The notes under the pieces are model-generated. The model was not told where the DNA came from, searched no databases, and worked only from the letters and a program-made list of their open reading frames with translations. Position numbers and translations under genes: made by a program. Of a DNA stretch of 64,000 nt, positions 40,358 to 53,979 are shown piece by piece. Source of the stretch: Centroscyllium fabricii (taxonomy: Eukaryota); contig JBNRSN020000014.1 of assembly GCA_051313645.2 (NCBI GenBank), forward strand, positions 8,184,001-8,248,000, written 5' to 3'. Position 1 is the stretch's first letter. Each line of letters starts with the position of its first letter.

Positions 40358-41417
40358 GTGTGATCTGGTGAACCAAGAGGCTGGGGAAATAGGAGGGGAG
40401 ACTTGTACCGCAACAAGAAATTGTTTGCTGGCGATTGCTTTTATTGCGTGTTTCACACGTTGGGACTCTTCAGCGTTATTTTTCTCCGCCTCTTCCTCTT
40501 CCTCCTACTCCAGTCCCTCTCCCAGGATGTGAGAGCAGAGGTTTACTGAAAGGGGCTGGGAGGTCACAGATGGAGAAGCCTGTGGTGAAGAGCAGAACTG
40601 CCTGGATGCAGCTCACCAGGAAGAGACTGGGATTCCCCCAATGACCCGGTTAAATAATCCAGTGAGTAGGTGAAGTGTACAGACCTAGGAGGTCCGAGGA
40701 TTGATGCCCAGTCTGGCCCAAGTGTGCTGATCACAGCCAGAAAGTGTTGCAATAAGATGGGGAGGAGGTTAAACATCAGCCAGGGTTCCCACTTCTGACT
40801 GCTGTTCAGGGACCGCTGCTGGAAGCTCGTGTGGGTGAATGTTGGCGGAGGATAGGATGGAGCCCGTTCTCCGAGGTCAAGCGGCCCGCTGGCACTCGTT
40901 GCCCCGACTTGCTCGTGAACAATATCTACTTGGTTGAGGTGTTCAGTACCCGTGGAGCCAACCAGAGGGAGGGGCGAAGGGAAAAGAGGTGTATTGATGT
41001 GAAGTGGGCGCTATCAGGCCTTCCTCGCACATATCTGTTCTTTGGGAGTCCAGTTAGATTCCAAAAGTCCTTTTACAGGGAGAGTTGGTGTAAGAATGAG
41101 TCTCTGCCTCTTTGATATACTTACTAACATGGTAGTGACACTTAATGCCAGAACAGCAATACTGCGTCTGCATTATGTTGACGGTCTCTGAGGTGTCTTA
41201 TTCAGCAGCTGTTTGCTGACCTTTCTAAGACTTCACCGTCGCAAACATCCAACGGGTAAGGAGAGCACGTGGAAGGCAAGAGAGCGAGTAGATGAATCTG
41301 GCTTCAATAAGGGAGTAATACGCAGTCTGCCGTTTACTTCCTGCTTATCTGCTGCAGATGCGGCACATGTGATGCAGTACCGAATCAAACAACAGCATCA
41401 TTCTAGCTCTCGCCTCT

Positions 41418-41948
41418 CTGGCACTGCCGCGGTGATGCACTGCCTCAATGGTGCACTGCCTCGGTGGTGGACTGCCTCAATGGTGCACTGCCGTGGTGGT
41501 GGACTGCCTCTCTGGCACTGCCTCGGTGATGCACTGCCTCAATGGTGCACTGCCTCGGTGATGCACTGCCTCAATGGTGCACTGCCTCGGTGGTGGACTG
41601 CCTCAATGGTGCACTGCCGCGGTGGTGGACTGCCTCGGTGATGCACTGCCTCAATGGTGCACTGCCTCAATGGTGGACTGCCGCGGTGGTGGATGTCGCG
41701 GTGGTGGACTGTCGCGGTGGACTGCCGCGGTGGAGCACTGCCTCGGTGATGCACTGCCGCGGTGGTGCACTGCCTCGGTGGTGGACTGTCGCGGTGGTGC
41801 ACTGCCTCGGTGATGGACTGCCGTGGTGGTGCACTGCCTTGGTGATGGACTGCTGTGGTGGTGCAGTGCCTCGGTGATGGACTGCCGTGGTGGTGCAGTG
41901 CCTCGGTGATGGACTGCCGTGGTGGTGCACTGCCTCGGTGGTGCACTG
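41418..41948. repeat. 16-bp minisatellite (about 33 units)
   Basis: Units ggtggtgcactgcctc / aatggtgcactgcctc / ggtggtggactgccgc. Confidence 0.9.
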
Positions 41949-43637
41949 TCAGGAGACCCCAGGTTAGTGGAATGAAAGCTTCTTCTGTCTGCCTGTTTGT
42001 GCATGCAGGCCAAAGGTGCCGTTAGTTTGACACTCAGCCTACCCTCTGATTTGGGGGATGTAATTGGTGCTGAGGCAGGGTGGAGGCTAACGGCTAACCA
42101 TCGTGCCCTGACCTGGGACTGCTTGAGGCTGGCACGGAAACAGGAAAGAATATTAGAAGTGTGACAAACACCCCTCGCGTGGAAACAAAATAGTTTTTTT
42201 TTTATAAAGAGTAACAGTTGGCAATTGGGGTGATTATGGAGTGATCAGAATTGTTTAGTTGAATTACTGCTTTTCAACTTGCTCTGGTTCCCCGGAACCC
42301 ATTGCAGAGCGACGAGATGAAAGTTAGGTGCAACCAAGATTACAGATGTCTTAATATTAAACACTAGAACAATTGAATTATGTTGGGCACTTGAGAAGAT
42401 CAACTAAATATTAATGCTTCGGTGTATTTCGAATGACTTGTACTGTCACTGGATCCAAATTCAGACGCTTTTATACAAAAATAATCTGAAAAGTATTAGT
42501 GTGCAAATGATTACTGACTGCTGCACTGACTATAAAATGTGAGAACTCGAAATTAGGGAAAATTTTGTACTTGGGTAAGGGATTGTATACAGTGGGAGTG
42601 AATGGGAAGTGACTTGATCGATGAACGTGCATATAACAGGAGTGAATGGGAAGTGGATTGAACAATGGAATTCTGTACAGTGGGAGTAAATAATTGTGAT
42701 TTCACTGTAATAGCGAGGGCTGGGTAAAATGTGTATTTATTTGGAGAAACAGTAGCCCTCCATTACACCATAGCCTCATTGAACACCTGTTCTTTAGGGC
42801 TCTACATTAATGAGATAACCAAGCACACTATAGCTTGCTCCGTTGCCTCAAAAGGCCATGTTGTCGAAGGTCTATTGTATGACACTCAGGGTGATGGAAA
42901 ATTACTTGTGAGGGATGTGGGTGGGGGGGTGGAGAATGTAAAGGAAAAAAGATATCTGGGCTCCAGAAAGTGGGATAGTAGACTACTTCTAAAAGTAGAG
43001 ATAATTCAGCTTTAATACAAGACTTCCAAATGTCTAATCTCAGCAGTTTTTTTCCATTTACAAATAACAATTTGAATCCCAAAAGTTATGGGTTAAGCGT
43101 AAGACGACTAGCTGTGTGTACTGCCTTGCTGAGGATGGGCTTCTCGAACTGAAGGGGAAGGTGTTGAACGGGTTTGCCAGTGTTCGGTTTGGCCAGCCTG
43201 TGAATTCCACCTCCCCTTTTTATCATCTTAAGCTTCTCTTCTCACCTGCCAAGGGCGTCCTGAAGTGATGACTGCACTTTTACCTGTAATCTGTGAGGAA
43301 AGGATTTTTTTTAGCTTCTAAAAAAAAAATTTAAAAAGCATTTTTAGGGTAATGTGTATATATAGTTCTTATTTTGGCTTAAATATTGTCGATTTAAATT
43401 TAGATTAAAGAGTGGGAAGGGGGGGGAAACATCATACAAGTCCAGACACATTGCTGATGGCTTGTTGTCGCTGTTGCCTTACATGTATATCAGTGTCATC
43501 TGTATGTAGTTTGTGCCGATCAGCATTTTTAATATCATAACAGTTTTGTACAAAAATACTTGTGCATAAATTTTTTTCCAGCTCCTGCTTATATTGACCA
43601 ATACTTGTAAAGTTTATGTATCACATAGCCTGTGACT

Positions 43638-43643
43638 ATTAAA
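43638..43643 (+). terminator. Candidate distal polyA signal (ATTAAA) of NACC1
   Basis: Ends an AT-rich, TE-free, 3'UTR-like block (43300-43660) and is followed by a T-rich tract. Confidence 0.4.
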
Positions 43644-44014
43644 AACGACGACTTTTTTCCTTCCTGTTTAGTTACTTGCTGTCTAGCCTAGAAGCAACTG
43701 TTGGTGACATTAAACGACAGACTTGCCTTTCTATAGCGCCTTTCACAACCACCGGACATCCCAAAGCGCTTTACAGCCAATGAAGCACTTTTTTCAAGTG
43801 TAGTCACTGTTGTAATGTAGGAAACGCGGCAGCCAATTTGCGCACAGCAAGCTCCCACAAACCGTAATATGGTAATGACCTAGATCATCTGTTTTTGTTC
43901 TATTAATTGAGGGATAAATATGGGCCACGACACCTTGCTCGCTCTTGAAATCGTGCCGGGGGATCTTTTATGTCCGCATGAGTATTTTAACGTCTCATCC
44001 GAAAGACGGCACCT

Positions 44015-44408
44015 CTGACAGTGCGGCACTCCCTCAGTACTGCCCCTCCGACAGTGTGGCGCTCCCTCAGTACTGCCCCTCCGACAGTGCGGTGCTCCCT
44101 CAGTACTGCCCCTCCAACAGTGTGGCGCTCCCTCAGTCCTGCCCCTCCGACAGTGCGGCTCTCCCTCAGTACTGCCCCTCCGACAGTGCGGCACTCCCTC
44201 AGTACTGCCCCTCCGACAGTGCGGCGCTCCCTCAGTACTGCCCCTCCGACAGTGCGGCGCTCCCTCAGAACTGCCCCTCCAACAGTGCGGCACTCCCTCA
44301 GTACTGCCCCTCTGACAGTGCGGCGCTCCCTCAGTAATGCCCTTCCGACAATGCGGCGCTCTGTCAGTACTGCCCCTCCGACAGTGCGGCACTCCCTCAG
44401 TATTGCAC
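44015..44408. repeat. 33-bp minisatellite (about 12 units) inside a Deu-SINE (43718-44452)
   Basis: Same unit. Confidence 0.95.
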
Positions 44409-45059
44409 TGGGAGTGTCAGCCTGGAATTTTGTGCTCGAGCCCCTAGAGTGAACGAACACTTAAACTAACTTTCTTTTCCATTGAAGTCCAGGCCGATTT
44501 ACTATCGCCCGTTTAGCGCTACTGCCCGAGATCAATCTGATGTTTTCCGATGAGATTGCCCATTTCTGCTATTTCAATGCAGGTGTTAAATTGGTTAATC
44601 CCTTCTACTGAAACAGCAGACAGGGAGATGTCTTCGGATCCCGTTGAGCATTTGACCATTTTTATCACCAACATCTGTCTGCTCACCAGCCATAGTGCAG
44701 GTCCGTGTATGTTTCTTTGGTATAATGTGGGGGTAATTATGGTGCCCTGCTGAATCACAGAGACCTGGCAGGCCCTCATCTTGTGTCTCAGCCAGACTGA
44801 CAGGTGGGAGACTGCAGATGGTCTCGGGCACCACCCACTACTCGACTTAAGGTGAGGGCTCCTGCTCCCAGTCACCCCTCCTGGAAACAATGCCAGCTGT
44901 CACCATCAGCTGAGGACGGGACCTGGTGGCTTGCCCACCCAGACAAGTAACCTGCTTTCCACGCTTGGAGAATTTCTATCTTCAGCACATTATTCTAAAC
45001 ATCTTCTGGCTCCTGACAGTGTTTATGGAGTTAAAGGGACTGGATAAATGGAATCGTAG

Positions 45060-46500
45060 AACGGTTACACCACAGAAGGCGGCCCGTCGAGCCCGTGCCG
45101 GCTCTCTGCAAGAGCATTTCAAGTCTCACTCCCACACCCTTACCCCGGACCCCTGCAAATGTTTTTCCTTCAGGTACCTATCCAATTCCCTTTTGAAAGC
45201 CGCGATTGAATCTGCCTCCACCACCATTCCCGATCCTAGCGTGAAAAATGTTTTTCCTCATGTCGCCTTTGGTTCTTTTGCCAATCACCCTGAATCTGTG
45301 TCCTCTGGTTCCAACCCCGTCCGTCAATGGGAACAGTTTCTCTCTCTCTACTCTGTCTAGACCCCTCATGATTTTGAACACCTCGATCAAATCTCCCCCC
45401 AATTTTCTCTGCTCCAAGGGGAACAACCCCAGCTTCTCCAGTTTATCCACGTAACTGAAGTCCCTCATCCCTGGAACCATTCTCATAAATATTTTCCGCA
45501 CCCTCTCCAAGGCCTTCACGTCATAAAAACATAGAAACTAGGAGCAGGAGTCGGCCATTGGGCCCTTCGAGCCTGCTCCGCCATTCAATGAGATCATGGC
45601 TGATCATCCAAACCCAGTACCCCGTCCCTGCCCTCTCCCCATATCCCTTGATCCCTATCGAGCCTGCATCAACACATATCCCACCCTATCCCCATAACCC
45701 CACATATTCAATCCCCCTACCACTAAGGGTCAATTTATCATGGCCAATCAACCTAACCCGCACATCTTTGGACTGTGGGAGGAAACCGGAGCACCCGGAG
45801 GAAACCCACGCAGACACGGGGAGAATGTGCAAACTCCACACAGATAGTACCCGAGGCTGGATTTGAACCCGGGTCACCAGTGCTGTGAGGCAACAGTGCT
45901 AACCACTATGCCACCGTGCCGCCTTTCCTAAAGTGCAGTGCCCAGCATTGGACACAGTACAAAGTTGAGGCCAAACCAGTGTTTTATACAGGTTCATCAT
46001 AACTTCCTTGTTTTTTGTACACTATACTGAATCCCAGGATCCCATGAGCTTTTTTAACCGCTTTCTCAACCTGCCCTGCCACCTTCAACGATTTCTGCAC
46101 ATATCCCCCCCAGGTCTCTCTGTTCCTGCACCCTCTTTAGGATTGTACCCTTTAGTTTATATTGCCTCTCCTCATTCTTCCAACCAAAATGTATCACTTT
46201 GCACTTTTCTGCGTTAAATTTCATCTGCCACGTGTCCGCCCATTTCACCAGCCTGTCCATTTCCTCTTGAAGCCTATCACTATCCTCCTCACTGTTCACT
46301 ATACTTCCAAGTTTAGAGGATAGTGTCATCTGCAAATTTTGAAATTGTGCCCTGTACACCGAAGGCCAAGTTATTAATATACAGCAAGGAAAGCGGTGGT
46401 CCTGGTACTGACCCCTGGGGAACCCCCACTGTATAATAACCTTCCTCCAGTCTGAAAAAACTGTTCACCACTACGCTCTGTTTCCTGTCACTTAGCCAAT
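45060..46500 (-). mobile_element. CR1 LINE with nested HE1 SINE (45523-45922)
   Basis: ORFs 45178-45519 and 46066-46359 (WADTWQMKFNAEKCKVIHFG). Confidence 0.85.
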
Positions 46501-46535
46501 GAAGCTAGATGAAGCCAAATAAAACATGTATGAAA

Positions 46536-46556
46536 TTTATTTCAATTGTTTTTATT
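46536..46556 (-). terminator. Candidate polyA signals (two AATAAA) of STX10
   Basis: TTTATT at 46536 and 46551 on +, in an AT-rich unique block downstream of the STX10 stop. Confidence 0.45.
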
Positions 46557-47133
46557 CCCACAAGTCTCAACCACAGTTTTGACGTTTTATTATAATTTAA
46601 TGTTCGAACTATGAACTATTAAAATGAAGAAAATGTTAGTGAAGGCAAAAAACAAATTAAACACATACTAGACTGTGAGTGCATTCGAAGCACAAAAATA
46701 ATGGTATAAAAAATAAAAGTATCAATTATTTGGCATTTCTACATAGTAAAATAGTGTTTCTAATTTAGGCGGTGCACCCCTGATTTTACGGTTTACAGGA
46801 TGGGCTCACTCACCAACCTGATGCATGTAGATGGGGCACTTGGGAAAGGTACCCTTTAGGAGAGAGCAGAGAAAAAACTGGGGGGGTGGGGCAAGAGGGA
46901 AACGAACATTAAAAACCTGAAGCAGAAAGGATCACTACTCTCGTGTTGGAAATGGTACGGGCCGGCTGAGGGAGAGGTAGGTTAATGGTTGAGCGATGCA
47001 GTGATTGGAAGATGTAGTGGGCCAGCTCACAGAAGGATAGGACATGGTCTTGGCATCCACACTCCGTATTCCCAAGGCCAAGATCCTGATCTCGGTCGCA
47101 CCAAGGTGTGGATAAACAAAAGTGCAGCTGCAG

Positions 47134-48460
47134 GCCTTTCTATCTAGAGGACTAGAATACAAGGGGGTAGAAGTTATGCTGCAGCTGTACAAAGCCCTGG
47201 TTAGACCAGACCGGGAGCACTGTGAGCAGTTCTGGGCACCGCACTTTAGGAAGGATATATTGGCCTTGGAGGGAGTGCAGCGTAGGTTTAGGACGACACG
47301 GTGGCAGTGGTTAGCACTGCTGCCTCGCAATAAGGAGCTCCTGGGTTCGAATCCTGCTTGGCCCGGGACCTCTCTGCGTGGAGTTTGCATGTTCTCCCCA
47401 TGTTCGTGTGGGTTTCCTCCCACCACCCAAAGACATGCAGGTTAGGTGAATTGGAGATACTAAAAATTGCCCATGATTATGTGTGTGAGATATAGTTCTT
47501 AGAGTTGGTGGTGTCGGGGGATATGGGGAGAGGGTAGGAGGGGGGTGCTGGGTTTGGATGATCAGCCATGATCTCATCAAAATGGCGGAGCAGGCTTGAA
47601 GGGCCGAATGGCTGACTCCTGCTCCTATCTTTGTTTACCAGAATGATACCCGCACTTCAAGGGTTAGGTTATGAGGAGAGATTACATTAGGGTTGTATTA
47701 GACCGTTAAGGGGTGATTTGATCGAAGTTTTCAGGATATTAAGTGGAACAGATAGGGTCGATCGAGAGAAACCATTTCCGCTGGTTGGGGATTCTAGGAC
47801 TAGGGGGCAGAGTCTGAAAATTAGAGCCAGACCTTTCAGGAGTGAAATTAGGAAACATTTCTACACACACAGGGCGGTAGAAGTTTAGAACTCTCTTCCG
47901 CAAACACCAACTGATGCTGGATCAATTGTTAATTTTAAATCGGAGATTGATAGCTTTTTGTTAACCAAAGGCATTAAGGGATAGAAACTAGGAGCAGGAG
48001 TAGGTCATTCGGCCCTTTGTGCCTGCTCCGCCATTCAGTGAGATCATGGCTGATCATCCAAACCCAGCACCCTGTCCCTGCCCTCTCCCCATATCCCTCG
48101 ATCCCTCTCGAGCCTGCACCAACACCTATCCCAATAACCCCACACATTCAATCGCCCTAACACTAAGGGTCAATTTATCCTGGCCAATCAACCTAATCCG
48201 CACATCTTTGGACTGTGGGAGGAAACCGGAGCAGCCGGAGGAAACCCACGCAGACACGGGGAGAATGTGCAAACTCCATACAGATAGTACCCGAGGCCGG
48301 ATTTGAACCCGGGTCTCCAGTGCTGTGAGACAACAGTGCTAACCACTGTGCCACCAAAGGCGGGTGGATGGAGTTTGGTCACAGATCAGCCATGATCTCA
48401 TTGAATGGCGGCACAGGCTCGAGGGGCTGAATGGCCTCCTCCTGTTCCTATGTTCTTAGG
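47134..48460 (+). mobile_element. CR1 LINE with two nested SINEs (47292-47630 +, 47982-48355 -)
   Basis: LYKALVRPDREHCEQFWAPH; the sequence resumes after each insertion. Confidence 0.8.
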
Positions 48461-48865
48461 CCCTGCCCCCACCGTGAGGGACAAAAACCAATTGGAAGAG
48501 TTGGGGGTATCACCCCGAAAGAGGCTGTACTGTACCATCAGAAAAGAAAACTGTCAGGAAAGTGAGCAAAGAGTCGGGAGGCAAATGAGGCGAACAGCAT
48601 AGATACATTTATGGGAAGTTAGATAAGTACGTGCGGGAGAAAGGATTAGGATCTGCTGATAAGGTGAGATGCTGGGTAGGAGGCTCATGTGGAGCACAAA
48701 CATCTTTTCCTGGGCTGTAAATTATATATGTAATTTGTAATAACAAGTGGGAGGCTAGCGGCTGCTAATTTTACATGCCTGTTTTACCACAAACACCTTT
48801 GTACATATTAGAAAAGTAACTGGGCAGAGAGTTTAAACTAAGAAAATATTGTTACAACCGAATTA

Positions 48866-49216
48866 CATGGTGAGCACCGTTAATCCGGCACCCTCGGGAC
48901 CAGGCCGGACTGAAAATTCCGAACCACTGAAGGTTCGGGGGGAGCGCGCGCTAGAACACTCCCCGGGGCCCGGAGAGCGCGGTAGAGCACTCCCCAGGGC
49001 CCGGAGCGCGCGGTAGAACACTCCCCGGGAGGGAGCCCGGGGATAGAAAACTTACAAAACCGTAAAAAACAGAAACCCAAATGCCCGACACCTTTGGCGC
49101 TCGTTCACCCTTCGCGGAAAACGGTGGCACTGCTGAGCGGCTGCTCCGCAAAATGAAGAGCGCTGGTTTCCAATCGTGCCAGACCATTGGGTGCCGGATT
49201 ACCGGTGCTCAACCTG
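48866..49216. mobile_element. Tigger-like MITE, related TIRs, different interior
   Basis: catggtgagcaccgttaatccggcacc ... ggtgccggattaccggtgctcaacctg; internal tandem of about 31 bp at 48943-49040. Confidence 0.7.
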
Positions 49217-51009
49217 CATCAACTAATGGCTCGAAATGGACCAGCCGCGATGCCAATGTACTGCGTGGTGTGCCCATCAATTCCCCCCCGCCCAAGGTCC
49301 CTTGACCCTTTCGATCCTTCAACACCCTCGCTTCCCCCCCCATGGAAAACTCAGTACTGTACCTTAAACTTAGCTTAGAAATCCAAGTTTGCATTTAAAT
49401 TTTTCAAGTGTATCAATTTCAGGCATTTCATTGCAACAATCCACAGCCGGGAAATATCTGAAACACTGGTTTCTGCCCCTGCACCTGAAACAAGATACAA
49501 TCGCTTCAAAAGGTAATTCATTGTGTGAAGCATGTTTGAGATCTTTCGATGGTGTCTAAATAAAAGTTGTTCTAGCCTAAGCTTAAAATTAATTTCTGGA
49601 ATTTGGCAGTTCTTAAGTCGTGATATTCCAACACCTGGGTGCCTGAATTGGAACGTCATCGCCCAGGGATCACGCCCGATCTTTGTTTAATGTTCATGTA
49701 CTGGCACCGAAGGCTGGTGGTCTCGTGCTCAATACCAATCTGTCATCACCACGCTCTGGCACTTCCAATCTGGAACACACACACCTAGTAACACACTGGC
49801 CCGTACTAAGGAAGACATGAAAAACCTGGTTTAGCAGTGTCCAGCAGCCAGGGTCGATGGATAATGTTCTCCATCACCATGGTACGGACCAGATTTCTCC
49901 TAGCGAGAGAGAAAGATCAGTCACTAGCACAAGTCTCGTGGCATCTCCAGGTTCCCCACCACCAACATCCTCCAGGGGAGAAGTCACTACTGACCAGAAG
50001 GTTAACCGGATGTCACCTCCCAAACCCACCACCTAGAAGGACAAGGGCAGCAGGTGCATGGGAACACCACCACCTACAAGTCACACACCATCCTGACTCG
50101 GGGATATGTCAGCCATTCCCTCATAGTCGCCGGGTCACTATCCTAGAACTCCCCAACAGCACTGTGGGAGGACCATCACCACACGGTCTGCAGCGGTTTG
50201 AGAAGGCGGTGGCTCCTCACCACCTTGTCAAGGGCAAATGGCGATGGGCAATGAATGCCAGTAACACCCATATTCCAAGAATGAATCACCATGGCTACAA
50301 GTGCAGGGCAGAGACTAGGTACCCTGCGACACATGAGACTCAGCTGAGCCCCAAAAGCCTCTTCACTATCTACAAGGCTGAAGTCGAGAGCGTGCTGGAA
50401 TACTCACCACTTGCCTGGTTGGGTGCAGCCAGAAAAACACCATCCAGTTCGGAACAGCTCACCTAGTCACGACACTCAGAGTATACACGAGCCACAGGAT
50501 GGACTGGCGCAACTCGCCAAGGTCACTTGGACAGCACCTCACGCTCTCCCCGTGACCTCTACCACTGCTGTGGAGACGCTGTCACCTCCAAGGTCCTCCT
50601 CAACTCACACACCATCCTGACCTGGATAGCTATCACCGTTCCCCTTCAACGCTGGAAGTGGCCAAAATTAAAACCACAAATGTCAGAATCCTGAAATAAA
50701 ATTATTTTTGTTTTTGATCCTTTCACAAGCACCGGATGTCCCATAGCGCTTTACTTTTTTGAAGTGTAGTCAATGTTGTAATGTTGGAAATGTGGCAGCC
50801 AATTTGCGCACAGCAAGCTCCCACAAACAGCAATGTGATAATGACCAGATCATCTGTTTTTTATTGATGTTTGTTGAGGGATAAATATTGGCCCCAGGGT
50901 ACCGGGAATAACTCCCCTGCTCTTCTTCAAAATAGTGGCCATGGGATCTTTTATGTCCACCGGAGAGGGCAGATGGGACCTTGGTTTAACATCTCAACCG
51001 AAAGACGGC

Positions 51010-51111
51010 ACCTCCGACATTGCAGCGCTCCCTCAGTACTGCCCCTCCGACAGTGCGACGCTCCCTCAGTACTGCCCCTCCGACAGTGCGGCGCTCCCTC
51101 AGTACTGCACT
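51010..51111. repeat. 33-bp unit x3 inside a Deu-SINE (50718-51182)
   Basis: Same unit. Confidence 0.9.
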
Positions 51112-51929
51112 GGAGTGTCAGTCTGGGTTTTTCTGCTCAAGTCTCTGGAGAGGGACTTGAACCCACAACCTTCTGTCTGCGAGGGGAAATGCAAAGTATC
51201 GGAGGCCCAATGTTTCAGGTGAAACCCCTTCAAGTGGAGTCAGACTGCAGGAGCAGGGTTTGCTCAAGAAAAGAGGGAGCAGGGGACAATTGCTGAGATC
51301 TCTAGTCTATCTGTACCACCAATCCCAGGCCCAGACTCGTCATCCCCTGTGCTCAGACTCTAGCACCCACCCCCCACCACGCTTCCATCACAAACTGAGT
51401 GTATCTTTCTGTTCTCTCAATCCCACATCACCTCTGCAGAGAGAAATCCAGGGAAATCTGGGATTAGAATTATGACCCCCTTTAACAACACACTGCTTTA
51501 GCAGCCTAACATTGTGCAGGTGCAGAACTGATCACAGATTCTGTCCAGGGAGGCTGGGTGTGCTTCTTAGATATTTAACTGCTGCATATTCTGTTGCATT
51601 ATTTATTAAAAAGCCATGAGGCTGAAGATTAAGTTTTGTCCAATCCCAAAGCAACTACCTGGTGTCCACAATTGACATCCTGAAATGTACGAGCTAACCT
51701 ATTCAAAAATATATATAGTATTTTACATTCCTCTCCCCTCCGCATCTGTGCAGCAAGTCTGGTCACATTGGATACAGCACCGAAGGTTCAAAAGTACAAA
51801 CAAAAAACCACAGTCGGCATTTGCAGAATCCTGCCCTGGGTCTAAATGGAGCGCCAACCAACTTGCTCCCGCTCTCTCCCGTGACAGATGTTCCAGCGTC
51901 GCGCACAATTAACAGTCCCAACTCAACCA

Positions 51930-52006
51930 TCAGAGAGCGAAGAGCAATATGAGCACCACGACCAGGATAACGAGCAGACCGACAATCACGCACCACTGTC
52001 GCCGAG
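51930..52006 (-). CDS. STX10: Syntaxin-10 last exon (transmembrane anchor)
   Basis: RRQWCVIVGLLVILVVVLILLFAL*, the STX6/STX10 tail anchor. Acceptor tgtgtttatgcag. NACC1-STX10 adjacency is known from human 19p13. Confidence 0.9.
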
Positions 52007-52309
52007 CTGCATAAACACAAAGGAAGTTGCCGTTAGTGGCGCGCGCCACAGACACCAGTCCAACAGTTCAAACATCACCTGGGTGCTTGAAAGCAGAGAG
52101 AGGCGGAGCGGTTTAGGGAGGAATTCCAGAGCTTAGGCGGCTGAAGGCACGGCCACCAATGGTGGAGCGATTAAAACTTAGCATGGAATTAAATATTTGA
52201 AGAAAAATGGGTCTGAAGAAACAGCCGGGAAATGGGGCGAGAGCAGGTAGCTCAGATATCGAACTTGTACCAGCACAGGAATGATGGGTCAAACGGCTTC
52301 CTCCTGTGC

Positions 52310-52632
52310 GGAGAGGAGAGCGGGGGTGAGGGTGTAGAGGAGAGCAGGAGCGGAGCATGGGGGTGAGGGCAGAGGAGCAGAGAGAGGGGGTGAGAGCGGG
52401 GGCGGGGCAGAGCGGTGCGAGGGTGAGGGCGGAGGGGTGAGGGTGGGGTGGAGCGAGGGAGGCGAGTGGGCGGAGCGAGGGGTGGGCAGAGCGAGGGGGT
52501 GAGGGTGGGGCGGAGCGAGGGGAGAGCGTAGCGAGGGGGTGAGGGTGGAGAGGGGTGAGGGGGGTGGGAGCGAGGGAGTGGGGCGGAGCGAGCGGGGAGA
52601 GTGGGGGCGGGGTGGGGCTGGAGAGGAGAGAG
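52310..52632. repeat. G/A-rich low-complexity tract in the last STX10 intron
   Basis: Repeated ggggtgagggt / gggcggagcgag motifs. Confidence 0.8.
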
Positions 52633-52650
52633 GTCAGCTGGGAATCTTAC

Positions 52651-52744
52651 CATGGTCATGCGAGAAACTTTGGCCAACTTCCTCAGTGTGCTGTCCAGCC
52701 GCGAATGGCTGTTGTCCATTTCATGGGAGAATTCATCCAGCATC
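52651..52744 (-). CDS. STX10: Syntaxin-10 exon (SNARE motif C-half), 94 nt as assembled
   Basis: MLDEFSHEMDNSHSRLDSTLRKLAKVSRMTM. Acceptor ttttctttgtcag; donor gtaaga. One nt short for phase match with the next exon (see findings). Confidence 0.88.
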
Positions 52745-53979
52745 CTGACAAAGAAAATCAAATGCGATTAGACGTCAGGGTTTTTTTTTCCCCCAGACAA
52801 CAGGGGCCCTCTGGAATAGGCTGCCGACTCAGTCAACTCCTGCGAGCGAGAGCGGGTCCTGTTTTAGGCTGGGATGGAGGTCACCTCGTACACGAGGGCG
52901 GTAACTGCAGGACAGAGTGATCTGGACTAGTTTCCATCACCTGAGGTGGGGGGGGGGGGGGGGGGGGGAGGCGAGCAATAGCCCAGATGTTTTTCCCCAA
53001 TTTGGCCTGGGTTTTGAATCTGTATTTTGAAGGAGATGCCATAGTTCCAGGTGGGGTACGGAGTCTGTACCCGTGATGCACAAGGCATCGCAATAGACTG
53101 GATGGTACAGACGGTCTTTTCCTGTCCGTCATTACGTTGAAAGAATTTGCGTTAATGTTCACACATTTATCACGATTATACTCAGGGCAGCAGGAGGCAG
53201 TTGCCAGATAATAAACTGAACCAAACCCTCTGATTATGAGGAGCGGGCCAGCGTTCATTAATCGGACGACGACGATGTGCATTTTTTTCAGGTCACGGCA
53301 CACCTCAAGCCCGCTCACACACCGGTGGCGCAGTGTTTTATGTGCCACACAGCAAGATCCCACACGCGGGAGGGGGGGGTTTGACCAGTTCTTTGACCGT
53401 GGGTGATCATGTGACTGCCGATGCGTTTCCTTTAGAAACTCCTGGACCACAGCAACTAGCCTGGGCTGCCTCTCCTTCCATCCAGCGCAAGGTTCCCTGC
53501 TCCTGCCCGGACATCCCAAAGACCAACAAACTTCATTACACAAGCGATCAACTCTGTACCTGCAACCACAGGAGGACATCTTTGAACTTATCTGTGTGTG
53601 TTAGCAAAGTGGGGAAATACATTTTCCCTGTCTTCGCTCAGTCGTGGTCACCAAGAAATTAAGATCTAACATTTCTATAGCGCCTTTCACAACCTCAGGA
53701 TGTCTCAAAGCGCATTACAGCCAATGAAGTGCTTTTTGAAGTGGAGTCACTGTTGTAATGTAGGAAACGCAGCAGCCAATTGTGCACAGCAAGCTCCCAC
53801 ACACAGCATCTGATAATGAACAGATCATCTGTTTTAATGACGTTGGTTGAGGGACTAATATTGGCCAGGACACCACCAGGGAAAATCCCCTGCTGTTCAA
53901 AATAGTACCCGTGGGATCTGTTACGTACACCTGAGAGAGCAGACGGGCCTCGGTTTAACATCTCACCCAAAAGACAGCA

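Noticed and set aside
41539-42013. His-rich ORFs
   Set aside because: Translations of the 16-bp minisatellite.
52252-52650. Pro-rich extension of the STX10 ORF
   Set aside because: Read-through into a low-complexity intron past a strong gtaag donor.
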